From contig NZ_MPKA01000135.1 in NCBI RefSeq assembly GCF_001945605.1, positions 1 through 21,279 on the forward strand: DNA of 21,279 nucleotides, given 5' to 3'. A model generated the notes under the pieces. It ran no database searches, was not told the origin of the DNA, and saw nothing but the letters and a program-made list of their open reading frames with translations. Shown piece after piece: positions 1-8,250 of the stretch. The stretch's first letter is position 1; every line of letters starts with the position of its first letter. A program made the position numbers and the translations under genes. This stretch comes from Dubosiella newyorkensis. GTDB taxonomy: Bacteria; Bacillota_I; Bacilli_A; Erysipelotrichales; Erysipelotrichaceae.

Positions 1-416
1 TGGCCGTGAGCCTGGGAATCGAAGCCGCCAAGAAGAGGAACAGCACCTACTTCATCAAATGCCACGACCTCATCCAGCAGCTGAGAAAAGCCAACGAAGA
101 AAATCGGCTGGAAAACCGTTTGAAGAATTACAGCCGGTACAAGCTGCTGATTATCGACGAAATCGGGTATCTGCCGATCACAAAAGAAGAGTCGAAACTG
201 TTCTTTCAGCTGATCGACAAACGATACGAACAGAAAAGCACGATACTGACAACCAATATCGGCTTTGGCGAATGGGACGAGATATTTCAGGACCCCGTTA
301 TGGCCAATGCGATCCTGGACAGGATCCTGCATCATGCGCATGTCGTGTCCATTACCGGAAAGTCTTATCGGATGAAAGACCATATCAAGAAGAAGCCGCA
401 CACAAAGCAGGAATAA
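1..416 (+). CDS. istB: IS21-family helper ATPase IstB, C-terminal part (5' end lies outside the window)
   Basis: The reading frame is open to the left edge. The translation carries IstB/DnaC-like motifs: Walker B 'LLIIDEIGYLP', 'STILTTN' and 'ILDRILHHAHVVSITGKSYRMK'. TAA stop at 414-416. Confidence 0.85.
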   Translation, partial: AVSLGIEAAKKRNSTYFIKCHDLIQQLRKANEENRLENRLKNYSRYKLLIIDEIGYLPITKEESKLFFQLIDKRYEQKSTILTTNIGFGEWDEIFQDPVMANAILDRILHHAHVVSITGKSYRMKDHIKKKPHTKQE

Positions 417-510
417 AGCAAATTGGTCAAAATCGAAAGAAGGATCAAAAGATCCTTCAGGACCTTTCAAACAAAATTGAGCATTTTTATCTCATCGAAT
501 TTGTACATTT
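1..510 (+). mobile_element. Right-hand portion of an IS21-family element; the outer boundary is not resolved
   Basis: istB is the last gene of IS21-type elements, so the right terminal repeat should lie within about 100 bp of its stop. A perfect hairpin AAGGATC-aaaa-GATCCTT sits at 441-458, and a '...TTTGTACA' string near 500-508 could be a CA-ending terminus. The matching left end is not in the window, so the boundary is a guess. Confidence 0.35.
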
Positions 511-726
511 TTAACTTGACATCTACATAAAATATGTAGGAGAGTGTCTGTTTTATATTGTCGGTATTATTCTTGCGATCCTCGTGATCTTGAAATAGTT
601 GAGATGTGCTCAAAGCAATATAAGTGAACATGGACGCAAGCCAATCAAGTAAGCCAGGAGGAATAAACTCTTGGCTTTTTTGGAACCTAAACTATAGAAA
701 AGACAGTTTTTTTATCGTGGGAAGGA

Positions 727-761
727 TGTTATAATATAAAAAAAGATGTAAAAGCATCTTT
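727..761 (+). promoter_or_regulatory. Extended -10 promoter (TGtTATAAT, 727-735) followed by a 7-bp inverted repeat (AAAGATG 742-748 / CATCTTT 755-761) upstream of the XRE-cupin gene
   Basis: TG-n-TATAAT can be read directly. The palindrome sits between the predicted transcription start and the SD GAGGAG (764-769). It could be an autoregulatory operator or a 5' stem-loop. Confidence 0.4.
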
Positions 762-771
762 CGAGGAGCCT

Positions 772-1302
772 ATGATCGGAGAACAACTGAAAAAAATTCG
801 CAAACAAAAGAACCTGACCCTAGAACAAGTGTCTGCTCTCACATCCGTAAGCAAACCGATGCTCGGACAAATCGAACGCAGCCGATCAGTCCCGACCATC
901 ACGACGCTATGGAAGATCGCGACCGGGCTCAAAGTCCCATTATCCACGTTTCTGGTCGAAGAAGAGACCAAATATACGATCATCGATCAAAAAAAAGAAG
1001 AACCAATCTTAAGTGAAAAAGGAAAAATGCGCGCCTATACGATCTTTCCCTACGATCCGCTTCGAAACTTCGAAACGTTTTATATCGAGTTCGATCCAGA
1101 ATGTAAACATATTTCTTTACCCCATGATGAAAATGTGGAAGAAACGATCTTTGTGATCGAAGGGGAATTAACCATGAAACTGAAAGAAGAAGAGATCCAA
1201 CTGAAAAAAGGACAAGCGATCCGTTTTTTCGCCAATATCGAACACACCTACCAAAACAAGAACGATCAGATCTGCAAGATCTATAATACGATCTTTTACT
1301 AA
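772..1302 (+). CDS. XRE-family helix-turn-helix transcriptional regulator with a C-terminal cupin domain
   Basis: The N-terminus 'LKKIRKQKNLTLEQVSALTSVSKPMLGQIERSRSVPTITTLWKIATGLKV' is a classic HTH_3 pattern. The C-terminal half ('EETIFVIEGELTMKLKEEEIQLKKGQAIRFFANIEHTYQN') resembles a cupin_2 barrel. SD GAGGAG lies upstream. Confidence 0.85.
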   Translation: MIGEQLKKIRKQKNLTLEQVSALTSVSKPMLGQIERSRSVPTITTLWKIATGLKVPLSTFLVEEETKYTIIDQKKEEPILSEKGKMRAYTIFPYDPLRNFETFYIEFDPECKHISLPHDENVEETIFVIEGELTMKLKEEEIQLKKGQAIRFFANIEHTYQNKNDQICKIYNTIFY

Positions 1303-1316
1303 AAAAGGAGAAAATA

Positions 1317-2198
1317 ATGTACGAACTAAAACAAGTTGGAAAAAACACCTATTATATTGAATCTCCAGCCAAAATCGGGATCTATGTGACAGAAGATTCA
1401 TCCGTGTATTTGATCGACAGCGGAAACGACAAAGAAGCCGCCAAAAAAGTGAAAAAAATCTTAGAAGCGAAGAACTGGAAACTCAAAGCGATTTTGAATA
1501 CCCACTCCAACGCCGATCATATCGGAGGAAACCGATATCTTCAAAATCAAACCCACTGCAAGATCTATGCACCCGCAATCGAAGACGCCTTTACACGACA
1601 TCCGATCCTAGAACCTTCTTTTCTATATGGCGGATATCCGTGCAAAGATCTACGCCACAAATTTTTAATGGCCAAAGAAAGTGATGCAACACCAATTACC
1701 GACCCGGACTTTCCAAAAGAAATCGAGATCCTACCGCTACCTGGCCACTTTATGAATATGGTGGGCTATAAAACGAAGGACGAAGTGATCTTCTTAGCCG
1801 ATTGTCTGAGTTCAAAACAGACACTGGACAAATACCAAATCAGTTTCATCTACGATGTTGAAGCCTACTTAAAAACACTTGAAACAGTAAAAAACCTTCA
1901 AGCCAAATGTTTCGTTCCCTCACACGCCAACGCATGCGAAGAAATATCGACCCTTGCGGAAATAAACATCCAAAAAGTATACGAGATCGCCAATACGATC
2001 CTTGCGATCTGTCAAAATGAAACAACAGAAGCAGAACTTTTAAAGACCATCTTCGACACGTATGATCTGACGATGAATTTTGAACAATATGTCCTTGTGG
2101 GGAGCACGATCCGCTCCTATCTTTCATGGCTGAAGGATACTGGAAAAATAGACGCTTTCTTCCAAGACAATTGTTTAGTATGGAAAACAAAGAGCTAG
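1317..2198 (+). CDS. MBL-fold metallo-hydrolase
   Basis: 'LNTHSNADHIGGN' occupies the position of the HxHxDH metal motif, here as the variant H-S-N-A-D-H. Later His/Asp positions ('LPGHFMNMVG', 'FLADCL', 'FVPSHA') fit the fold. SD AAGGAG lies 8 nt upstream, and the start is 14 nt after the regulator gene stop, suggesting an operon. Confidence 0.85.
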   Translation: MYELKQVGKNTYYIESPAKIGIYVTEDSSVYLIDSGNDKEAAKKVKKILEAKNWKLKAILNTHSNADHIGGNRYLQNQTHCKIYAPAIEDAFTRHPILEPSFLYGGYPCKDLRHKFLMAKESDATPITDPDFPKEIEILPLPGHFMNMVGYKTKDEVIFLADCLSSKQTLDKYQISFIYDVEAYLKTLETVKNLQAKCFVPSHANACEEISTLAEINIQKVYEIANTILAICQNETTEAELLKTIFDTYDLTMNFEQYVLVGSTIRSYLSWLKDTGKIDAFFQDNCLVWKTKS

Positions 2199-2219
2199 GA
2201 ATTCAATGTCCTAGCTCTT
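2190..2219. terminator. Perfect 10-bp inverted repeat (AAGAGCTAGG / CCTAGCTCTT, 10-nt loop) spanning both stop codons of the convergent MBL and cysE genes; candidate bidirectional terminator
   Basis: The arms are at 2190-2199 and 2210-2219. The MBL TAG stop (2196-2198) lies in the left arm and the cysE TGA stop (2203-2205, minus strand) in the loop. T-rich sequence follows the hairpin on both strands. Confidence 0.5.
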
Positions 2220-2775
2220 TGTGTTCGTTTCTCAATTGGGCAAGCGCGTTGTTGATCTCCTTTTGTTCACGAACCGGATAGGCCGGAGAAGGGATCATTG
2301 TCGTATACGGCTCTACCGATTTGATGATGATCGAGCCAGCGCCGATCTTGCAGCCTTTATGAAGCACGATATTTCCGATCACTTTACTTCCAGCACCGAT
2401 CACCACATCCTCTTCGACAGTCGGATGCCGTTTGCCGCTCACTTTCCCTGTCGCCCCCAACGTAACACCTTGATAGATCATTACGCGATCATGGATCACG
2501 CATGTCTCGCCAATCACGACACCGCTGCCATGATCAATAAAAACATCTTTGCCGATCACGGCTCCAGGATGAATATCGATCCCCGTCTTTCTTTGCGCTC
2601 TCAAAGAAAGGATACGAGCCAGCGCAGGATGTTTTGGATACAATTTATGCGTAAAATAATGCGTATTCAACGCCTTGAAGCCAGGCATGAAAAAAATCTC
2701 GACCGTACTGTGCAAAGAAGGATCTAAACGCTTGATCGTCTTGATCTGCCCTTTGACAAACTGAATAAAACCCAT
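2203..2775 (-). CDS. cysE: Serine O-acetyltransferase
   Basis: Hexapeptide-repeat core 'GIDIHPGAVIGKDVFIDHGSGVVIGETCVIHDRVMIYQGVTLGATGKVSGKRHPTVEEDVVIGAGSKVIGNIVL' is typical of CysE. I chose the ATG at 2775 (MGFIQ...) because AGGAGG lies 7 nt upstream. The longer ORF-track start at 2832 would overlap apbE. Confidence 0.85.
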   Translation of the reverse strand: MGFIQFVKGQIKTIKRLDPSLHSTVEIFFMPGFKALNTHYFTHKLYPKHPALARILSLRAQRKTGIDIHPGAVIGKDVFIDHGSGVVIGETCVIHDRVMIYQGVTLGATGKVSGKRHPTVEEDVVIGAGSKVIGNIVLHKGCKIGAGSIIIKSVEPYTTMIPSPAYPVREQKEINNALAQLRNEHKELGH

Positions 2776-2792
2776 ATACGATCCTCCTGTGC

Positions 2793-3908
2793 TCAGCTTA
2801 GACGAAGCGAATCCTTTAAACCATCTGTACAATAGATCGCGTATCGATCCGTTGTGAATTGTGGAACGAGTCCATCGATTTTTTGATCAAGATTTACGAT
2901 CCATACAGCTTGCAAGTGATTGGCTTTGCAGAAGTCCATTCCTTCTTTGACAGGCATGCAGAATAGAGTCGTGCTCATCGCATCGGCCCATGCCGATTTA
3001 TCATGCGTATCGATCACAGTGACACTACGCATATATTCGGAAGGATATCCGGTCGTTGGATCGATGATATGACTATACTTTTTACCATCCACTTCCATAT
3101 ACCGCTGATAGTCTCCGGAAGTGACCATCACGACAGGACCCTTCGTCACAAATTGTACGACACTATCCGACTCGTCGGGAGATTGGATGCCAATGACCCA
3201 ATCTTTGCCGTTGAGCTTTTCACCAAGAAGAACGACATTGCCCCCGGCATTAATATAGCCATTGTTCAATCCCGCTTCATTCAATTTTTTGGCCGCGACG
3301 CCCGCCGTGTATCCTTTGGCGATCCCGCCAAGATCGAGCTTCAAGTTTGGATCCGTGAACTTTACCGTATCGCCACTGATCTTGATCGCTTGAATGCCAT
3401 CATGCTTTTTGGCCTCTTCAATATCTGTTGCGCTTGGCACATAAGGCGTTTTTGCCTCTCGTGCATCGTGCCACAAACTCAACACTTTTCCTTCAGAAAC
3501 ATCGAAGCGTTGATCAAGCTCGCCTGCCTTGATCGCAAGATCAAGACAATCAATCATTGCTGGATCGACTTTGACAGGATGCGAATACGCTTCTTGATTC
3601 AGAGTATAGACGTTGTTGATCCCTTCATACGAATGATATTGGTCAAAGATCTCGTTATACTCTCTAAACGTATCCTTTAAGATCGATTCATACTTGGCAA
3701 ACTGTTCTGGCGTACATGTGGCCTGGAAGGAAATCGGCGTATCGAAGCCTAAGTCGGTATACGTTTCGTTATACAATTTTGTCTTGCTCATCGAAGAGCG
3801 CGAACTCATAAAGGTAACTAAGCCAAAGATCAACACTAAAAAGCAAAGTGAACCAAAAATCCACAGCTTAATATGTGAAGTCTGTTTTTTTTGTTTATTT
3901 TGTTCCAT
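2793..3908 (-). CDS. apbE: FAD:protein FMN transferase (ApbE family), N-terminally membrane-anchored
   Basis: ApbE hallmarks are 'DLGGIAKGY', 'VMVTSGDYQRY' and 'YSHIIDPTTGYP'. The N-terminal hydrophobic segment is 'IKLWIFGSLCFLVLIFGLVTF'. I took the start as the ATG at 3908 (MEQNK...); the ORF-track start is a TTG at 3923. Neither has an SD (see findings). Confidence 0.85.
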   Translation of the reverse strand: MEQNKQKKQTSHIKLWIFGSLCFLVLIFGLVTFMSSRSSMSKTKLYNETYTDLGFDTPISFQATCTPEQFAKYESILKDTFREYNEIFDQYHSYEGINNVYTLNQEAYSHPVKVDPAMIDCLDLAIKAGELDQRFDVSEGKVLSLWHDAREAKTPYVPSATDIEEAKKHDGIQAIKISGDTVKFTDPNLKLDLGGIAKGYTAGVAAKKLNEAGLNNGYINAGGNVVLLGEKLNGKDWVIGIQSPDESDSVVQFVTKGPVVMVTSGDYQRYMEVDGKKYSHIIDPTTGYPSEYMRSVTVIDTHDKSAWADAMSTTLFCMPVKEGMDFCKANHLQAVWIVNLDQKIDGLVPQFTTDRYAIYCTDGLKDSLRLS

Positions 3909-3945
3909 GGTCCCATTATACAAAAAAGAGAAAGAATCCTAAAAT

Positions 3946-3959
3946 CAAGTGAACACTTG
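3946..3959. promoter_or_regulatory. Perfect palindrome CAAGTG-aa-CACTTG in the apbE/rnfC divergent intergenic region; candidate operator
   Basis: Read directly. It abuts the -35 element of the predicted rnf promoter and lies upstream of the predicted apbE -10. Confidence 0.35.
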
Positions 3960-3960
3960 T

Positions 3961-3989
3961 TTGCAATCGCTTAAAAAGTAGAATAGAAT
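3961..3989 (+). promoter_or_regulatory. Sigma-A-type promoter for the rnf operon: TTGCAA (3961-3966), 17-nt spacer, TAGAAT (3984-3989)
   Basis: Hexamers and spacing were read from the sequence. It lies about 35 nt upstream of rnfC, whose SD is GGAGG at 4009-4013. Confidence 0.45.
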
Positions 3990-4024
3990 AATTTCTGTAT
4001 AACTAATGGAGGTAAGGGAAATCT

Positions 4025-5314
4025 ATGTCACTTTTTCTTGGAAAAATGTGCGAACGGATCCCTGGTCACAAGTCAGCGACCGATCATGAGTCCATATTAG
4101 ATATCATGCCGACTAAAGAAGTCTATATTCCTTTAGTCGCTGGAAACAATACTAACTTCGAGATCCTCGTCAATGAAGGGGATCAAGTTTATATTGGTAC
4201 GAAGCTGGCCCAAACCAAAACGGGATTCAACGTTCCGATCTATTCAAGTGTTTCCGGAACATATACGGGACAAACAAAACGAATGCATTCTTCGCTCCGT
4301 CCGCAAAATCACATGGTCATTCAAATCGACCACAAACAAACAGCGATACAAGCTTTCGAACCGATCCAATATGAGAACGCGAGCGCAGAAGAGCTTCTCG
4401 AATTTACAAAAAATTCTGGTTTGGTTGGATTGGGAGGAGCTGGTTTTCCTACGTATGTTAAATACTTGAAGCCAGAAGGTATCCATACGATCTTGATCAA
4501 CGCGGTCGAATGCGAACCATACATCACAGCCGACTATAAACTCGTCATGAACGATCCAAAGCACTTGATCGATGGCGCCAAGATCATGAAAAAAATGGCT
4601 AACGCTCAACATGCGTACATCTGCATCAAAAAGAATCATCCCGATATGATCGATATCGTCAAACAAGCCGCTCAAGGCAGCGATATCGAAGTGAAGGAAG
4701 TGCCAAATGTCTATCCGATGGGGTGGGAGAGAGTGCTCGTCCGCGAAGTCATGAAAAAAGAATACGACAAATTGCCAAGTGAAGCAGGCGTGATCGTCAA
4801 TAATGCCGGAACGGCGATCGAGCTTGCAAGAATGATGGAATATGGCGAAGCGATCGCTAACAAAATCGTCACCGTATCAGGCGAAGCGGTCAAACGACCG
4901 ATCAATGTCCGCGTTCCTGTAGGAATGCCAGTAAAAGAAATCTTCGAGCAAACTGGCTTCAACACCGATTCTGTCCGTTTGATGGCAGGCGGACCGATGA
5001 TGGGAAAAGTCATTCCGAACGATATGTTCGTGATCGACCGCGCCATGAACGCGCTCACGATCCTTCCTGGAACCGTCGACGATGCTATCGCATGTCTACG
5101 CTGTGGTAGCTGTTCGGATCATTGTCCTGCCGGATTGCAGCCAGTGCGGATCGCGAACGCTGTCAAAGAAGGCAATCTTGAAGAAATGGAACGCCGCCAG
5201 GCGATGAGCTGTATCGAATGTGGCCTTTGCACCTACATATGTCCTAGCCACATCGAAGTCACAGAAAACGTGCGCAAAGCAAAACGGGCATTGGCTTTGC
5301 AGAAAAAGAAGTAG
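4025..5314 (+). CDS. rnfC: Rnf electron transport complex subunit C
   Basis: 'GLVGLGGAGFPTYVKY' is the NADH/FMN-binding module. Two ferredoxin-type motifs are present: 'CLRCGSCSDHCP' and 'CIECGLCTYICP'. It is the first gene of a C-D-G-E-A-B cluster. Confidence 0.95.
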   Translation: MSLFLGKMCERIPGHKSATDHESILDIMPTKEVYIPLVAGNNTNFEILVNEGDQVYIGTKLAQTKTGFNVPIYSSVSGTYTGQTKRMHSSLRPQNHMVIQIDHKQTAIQAFEPIQYENASAEELLEFTKNSGLVGLGGAGFPTYVKYLKPEGIHTILINAVECEPYITADYKLVMNDPKHLIDGAKIMKKMANAQHAYICIKKNHPDMIDIVKQAAQGSDIEVKEVPNVYPMGWERVLVREVMKKEYDKLPSEAGVIVNNAGTAIELARMMEYGEAIANKIVTVSGEAVKRPINVRVPVGMPVKEIFEQTGFNTDSVRLMAGGPMMGKVIPNDMFVIDRAMNALTILPGTVDDAIACLRCGSCSDHCPAGLQPVRIANAVKEGNLEEMERRQAMSCIECGLCTYICPSHIEVTENVRKAKRALALQKKK

Positions 5315-5325
5315 GGGGATGAAGT

Positions 5326-6498
5326 ATGAAGTTTAATTTCCACGTCAGCCCGAACTTGAAAGGAAAACAAACCACGCAACAGATCATGCGCGATCTAACG
5401 ATCGGACTTCTCGTCATCTTTCTTTGCGCATGTATCTATTATGGAATGAATTATGGAATGCGTTATGTTCTCCAATTGTTCCTTTTGCTGGCTTGTTCTC
5501 TATTGACAACTTTGGTGTGTGAAGCGATCTACGCCAAGATCTTAAAAATCGATATTAAAACTTTTTTGAAAAATTCATTTGGCTGGGTGACGGCGATCAT
5601 CTTGACGATGATGTGCCCGATCTCCATCACGCCATTCGCTTTGATCATTGCCACGATCTTCGCGATCGTGATCGGACGCCTTCTTTTTGGCGGGTTTGGT
5701 CAAAACATCTTCAATCCAGCCGCTGTTGGACGAGCTGTCATCTTCGCCGCGTTTGCTGGCGCCACGACAGACCTTGTCACATCAGCCACGCCAACGGCGA
5801 CGATCGCCAGCAACTATCATTGGCTTCCGGCAACGCCAGAAGTATTCGATAGTTTCTTGAGCGAATATGGTGGATTCTGGAATTTATTCCTCGGAAATTA
5901 TCCTGGGGCGATCGGAGAAACCTTCACCTTGGCGATCTTGGTCGTAGGCATTTTCTTGATCGTTCGTCATGTCATCGATTGGCGTGTACCTGTCATGTAT
6001 CTAGGCACGATCATCGTGATGACAGCGATCATCGCTCTTGTTTCAGGAATCGAATCGTACAATGGGATCCCAGCCTTGCTTTGGTATCCGGCCCTTCACT
6101 TAGTGACAGGAGGAATCGTGTTTGGAGCGGTGTTCATGCTTACCGACCCAGTCACCAACCCAACAAGCGCTGCAGGCCGTGTGTTCTTCGCGATGGGTGC
6201 AGCGATCCTGACCGTTCTTTTAAGAATGAAGGCGAACTTGCCAGAAGGCTGTCTGTATTCGATCTTGTTGATGAATATGTTCACGCCAATGATCGAGTCA
6301 GCGATGGATGGCAATCAGCTCAAGATCGCGAAAAAAGTTTGGATCACATTCGCTTGCTTCTGCGTTTTAGCCCTTGGCGTTTCTTTCTTTGCTGGAAGTA
6401 GCGTAGAACCAGTTCGCGAACTGAATACATCGTCTTCTGCAACAAACGGAGCCACGGCCTTTGAAATGCCAACGATCCAAGAGGAGGTCTCTTTATGA
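5326..6498 (+). CDS. rnfD: Rnf complex subunit D (NqrB-like membrane subunit)
   Basis: Polytopic membrane protein with 'GQNIFNPAAVGRAV', 'MLTDPVT' and a flavinylation-type motif 'DLVTSATPT'. Its stop overlaps the rnfG start (ATGA). Confidence 0.95.
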   Translation: MKFNFHVSPNLKGKQTTQQIMRDLTIGLLVIFLCACIYYGMNYGMRYVLQLFLLLACSLLTTLVCEAIYAKILKIDIKTFLKNSFGWVTAIILTMMCPISITPFALIIATIFAIVIGRLLFGGFGQNIFNPAAVGRAVIFAAFAGATTDLVTSATPTATIASNYHWLPATPEVFDSFLSEYGGFWNLFLGNYPGAIGETFTLAILVVGIFLIVRHVIDWRVPVMYLGTIIVMTAIIALVSGIESYNGIPALLWYPALHLVTGGIVFGAVFMLTDPVTNPTSAAGRVFFAMGAAILTVLLRMKANLPEGCLYSILLMNMFTPMIESAMDGNQLKIAKKVWITFACFCVLALGVSFFAGSSVEPVRELNTSSSATNGATAFEMPTIQEEVSL

Positions 6499-7004
6499 AA
6501 AAGATCATCCATCTCACTGTGTTCTTAGCGCTCGTCTCTGCGATCGCAGGCGGAGCCCTCGCCTACGCCAACCAGCTAACAGCGCCGATCATTCAAGAAA
6601 ACAACGAACGAGCTGAAAAACAAGTGCTCTTGGAAATGTATCCAAAAGCGAAAGTCGACGACTTTGAGATCATGGATGTCACGGTCGACAACCCAACAGT
6701 CAATAAGATCTACAGCTATGAAAACAACTATATCTTTAATATGTCTGTGTCTGGCTACAAAGATGGAACGACATTCTTGGTAGCGATCGACAAAGACAAT
6801 GGACAGATCACTGCTTTTAAAGCTATTTCGAATGGCGATACAAAAGGCATTGGTTCAAAAGTTACAGAAAGCGCATTTGCGGAAAGCTTGATCGGAAAAG
6901 AATCCAATGGGGAATTGGATACGATTTCAGGAGCGACTGTGACTTCGACACCAGTGATCGAAGGAATTCATGAGGCGAGCGATATCGTCGCCGAAATCGA
7001 TTAA
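6495..7004 (+). CDS. rnfG: Rnf complex subunit G (FMN-binding, NqrC-like)
   Basis: N-terminal membrane anchor, then 'LDTISGATVTS', the covalent-FMN threonine motif targeted by ApbE. SD GAGGAGG lies upstream. Confidence 0.9.
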   Translation: MKKIIHLTVFLALVSAIAGGALAYANQLTAPIIQENNERAEKQVLLEMYPKAKVDDFEIMDVTVDNPTVNKIYSYENNYIFNMSVSGYKDGTTFLVAIDKDNGQITAFKAISNGDTKGIGSKVTESAFAESLIGKESNGELDTISGATVTSTPVIEGIHEASDIVAEID

Positions 7005-7013
7005 GGGGGATGT

Positions 7014-7673
7014 ATGAACCGATTTGAAAATTTTAAAGCGGGCTTGATCAAAGACAACCCCGTCTTCGGCTTATATTTAGGAATTTGTTCGACTCTTGCC
7101 ATCACGACAACAGTCAACAACGCGATTGGTATGGGCGCGGCCGTTATCATGGTCTTGGTGCTCTCGAATATGATCATTTCCGCGATCCGCAAGATCGTGC
7201 CAGATGATATTCGTATTCCAGTCTTTATCGTGATCATCGCAACACTCGTAAAAATCATCCAAATGCTCATCGAAGCGTACGCGCCAGCGTTGAACACTTC
7301 GCTTGGCGTGTTTATTCCGCTCATCGTCGTGAACTGTATCATTCTTGGGCGCGCGGAAGCGTTCGCCAGCAAGCATGGTGTCCTTGATTCCGCATTGGAT
7401 GGAATCGGAATGGGTCTAGGCTATACGGTGGCTGTCATCGCGATGTCGTTTATTCGTGAAGTTTTATCCACAGGCATCTTGAATATCGTCAATCCGTTCA
7501 ACGATGCGCAAGTTTGGTTGAATGTCACCTTGATCCCGGCGGATTATACGATCCCGCTCTTTAATTCGCCTGTAGGCGCCTTTATCACATTTGCGTTATT
7601 AGCAGCCGCTTTGAGCGCCTATAAAACACATGCCGATAAAAAAGCGGAAGCCAAAGCAAAGGAGGTAAAGTAA
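7014..7673 (+). CDS. rnfE: Rnf complex subunit E (NqrD-like)
   Basis: 'NPVFGLYLGICSTLA' and 'GVFIPLIVVNCIILGRAEAFA' are the conserved RnfE/NqrD signature segments, including the two Cys. Confidence 0.95.
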   Translation: MNRFENFKAGLIKDNPVFGLYLGICSTLAITTTVNNAIGMGAAVIMVLVLSNMIISAIRKIVPDDIRIPVFIVIIATLVKIIQMLIEAYAPALNTSLGVFIPLIVVNCIILGRAEAFASKHGVLDSALDGIGMGLGYTVAVIAMSFIREVLSTGILNIVNPFNDAQVWLNVTLIPADYTIPLFNSPVGAFITFALLAAALSAYKTHADKKAEAKAKEVK

Positions 7674-7674
7674 G

Positions 7675-8250
7675 ATGTCCGAATTGATCACATTGTTTGT
7701 CACGAGCGTATTGATCAACAACGTCGTTTTGAACCAATTCTTAGGAATGTGTCCATTCATGGGTGTATCCAAGAAAAGAAGTTCTGCGATCGGTATGGGT
7801 CTTGCGGTTATCTTCGTTATCGTCGTTGCCGCTCTTATCACCTACGCGATCTACTATTGGATCCTCGTTCCGCTCAATTTGCAGTACATGGATTTGATCG
7901 CTTTCATTCTAGTCATCGCTTCTTTAGTGCAGTTGACAGAGATGTTTATCAAAAAAACAAGTCCAGCCCTCTATAAATCATTAGGGGTGTACTTGCCGTT
8001 GATCACGACCAACTGTGTCGTATTGAACGTATGCTTGGTCAATATTTCAAACAGTTATGATTTTGCTCATATGCTCGTTTATTCGATTGGTACGCCAATT
8101 GGTTTCGCGCTCGTTCTCTATATCTTCTCGACGATTCGGGAACGACTCGATATCGCCAATGTGCCAAATCCATTAAAAGGAAATCCGATCGCGATGATCG
8201 TGGCCGCTATCATGGCCATGGCGTTCAGCGGATTTGCAGGCATCGTATAA
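7675..8250 (+). CDS. rnfA: Rnf complex subunit A (NqrE-like)
   Basis: 'NNVVLNQFLGMCPFMGVS' and 'GVYLPLITTNCVVLNV' are RnfA/NqrE signatures, including the two Cys. SD AAGGAGG lies upstream. Confidence 0.95.
   Translation: MSELITLFVTSVLINNVVLNQFLGMCPFMGVSKKRSSAIGMGLAVIFVIVVAALITYAIYYWILVPLNLQYMDLIAFILVIASLVQLTEMFIKKTSPALYKSLGVYLPLITTNCVVLNVCLVNISNSYDFAHMLVYSIGTPIGFALVLYIFSTIRERLDIANVPNPLKGNPIAMIVAAIMAMAFSGFAGIV

Noticed and set aside
59-514. 151-aa ORF overlapping istB in another frame.
   Set aside because: Its Arg/Gln-rich translation has no motif, whereas the istB frame has clear Walker B and IstB signatures. It is an overlap artefact.
515-598. Short hydrophobic reading 'LFYIVGIILAILVILK*' in the IS21-proximal non-coding region, preceded by GGAGAG. 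I considered it as a type I toxin-like peptide, with the terminator-like hairpin AAGCCA/TGGCTT followed by a T-run at 651-681.
   Set aside because: The frame has no ATG, GTG or TTG start (only a CTG 3 nt after the SD-like string), the peptide would be only about 17 aa, and no antisense RNA features are evident. The evidence is insufficient.
3946-3959. I checked whether the palindrome upstream of rnf is a Rex (redox-sensing repressor) operator.
   Set aside because: CAAGTGAACACTTG does not fit the TTGTGAA-N4-TTCACAA or TTGTTAA-N4-TTAACAA type consensus I recall for Rex. It is kept only as a generic candidate operator.
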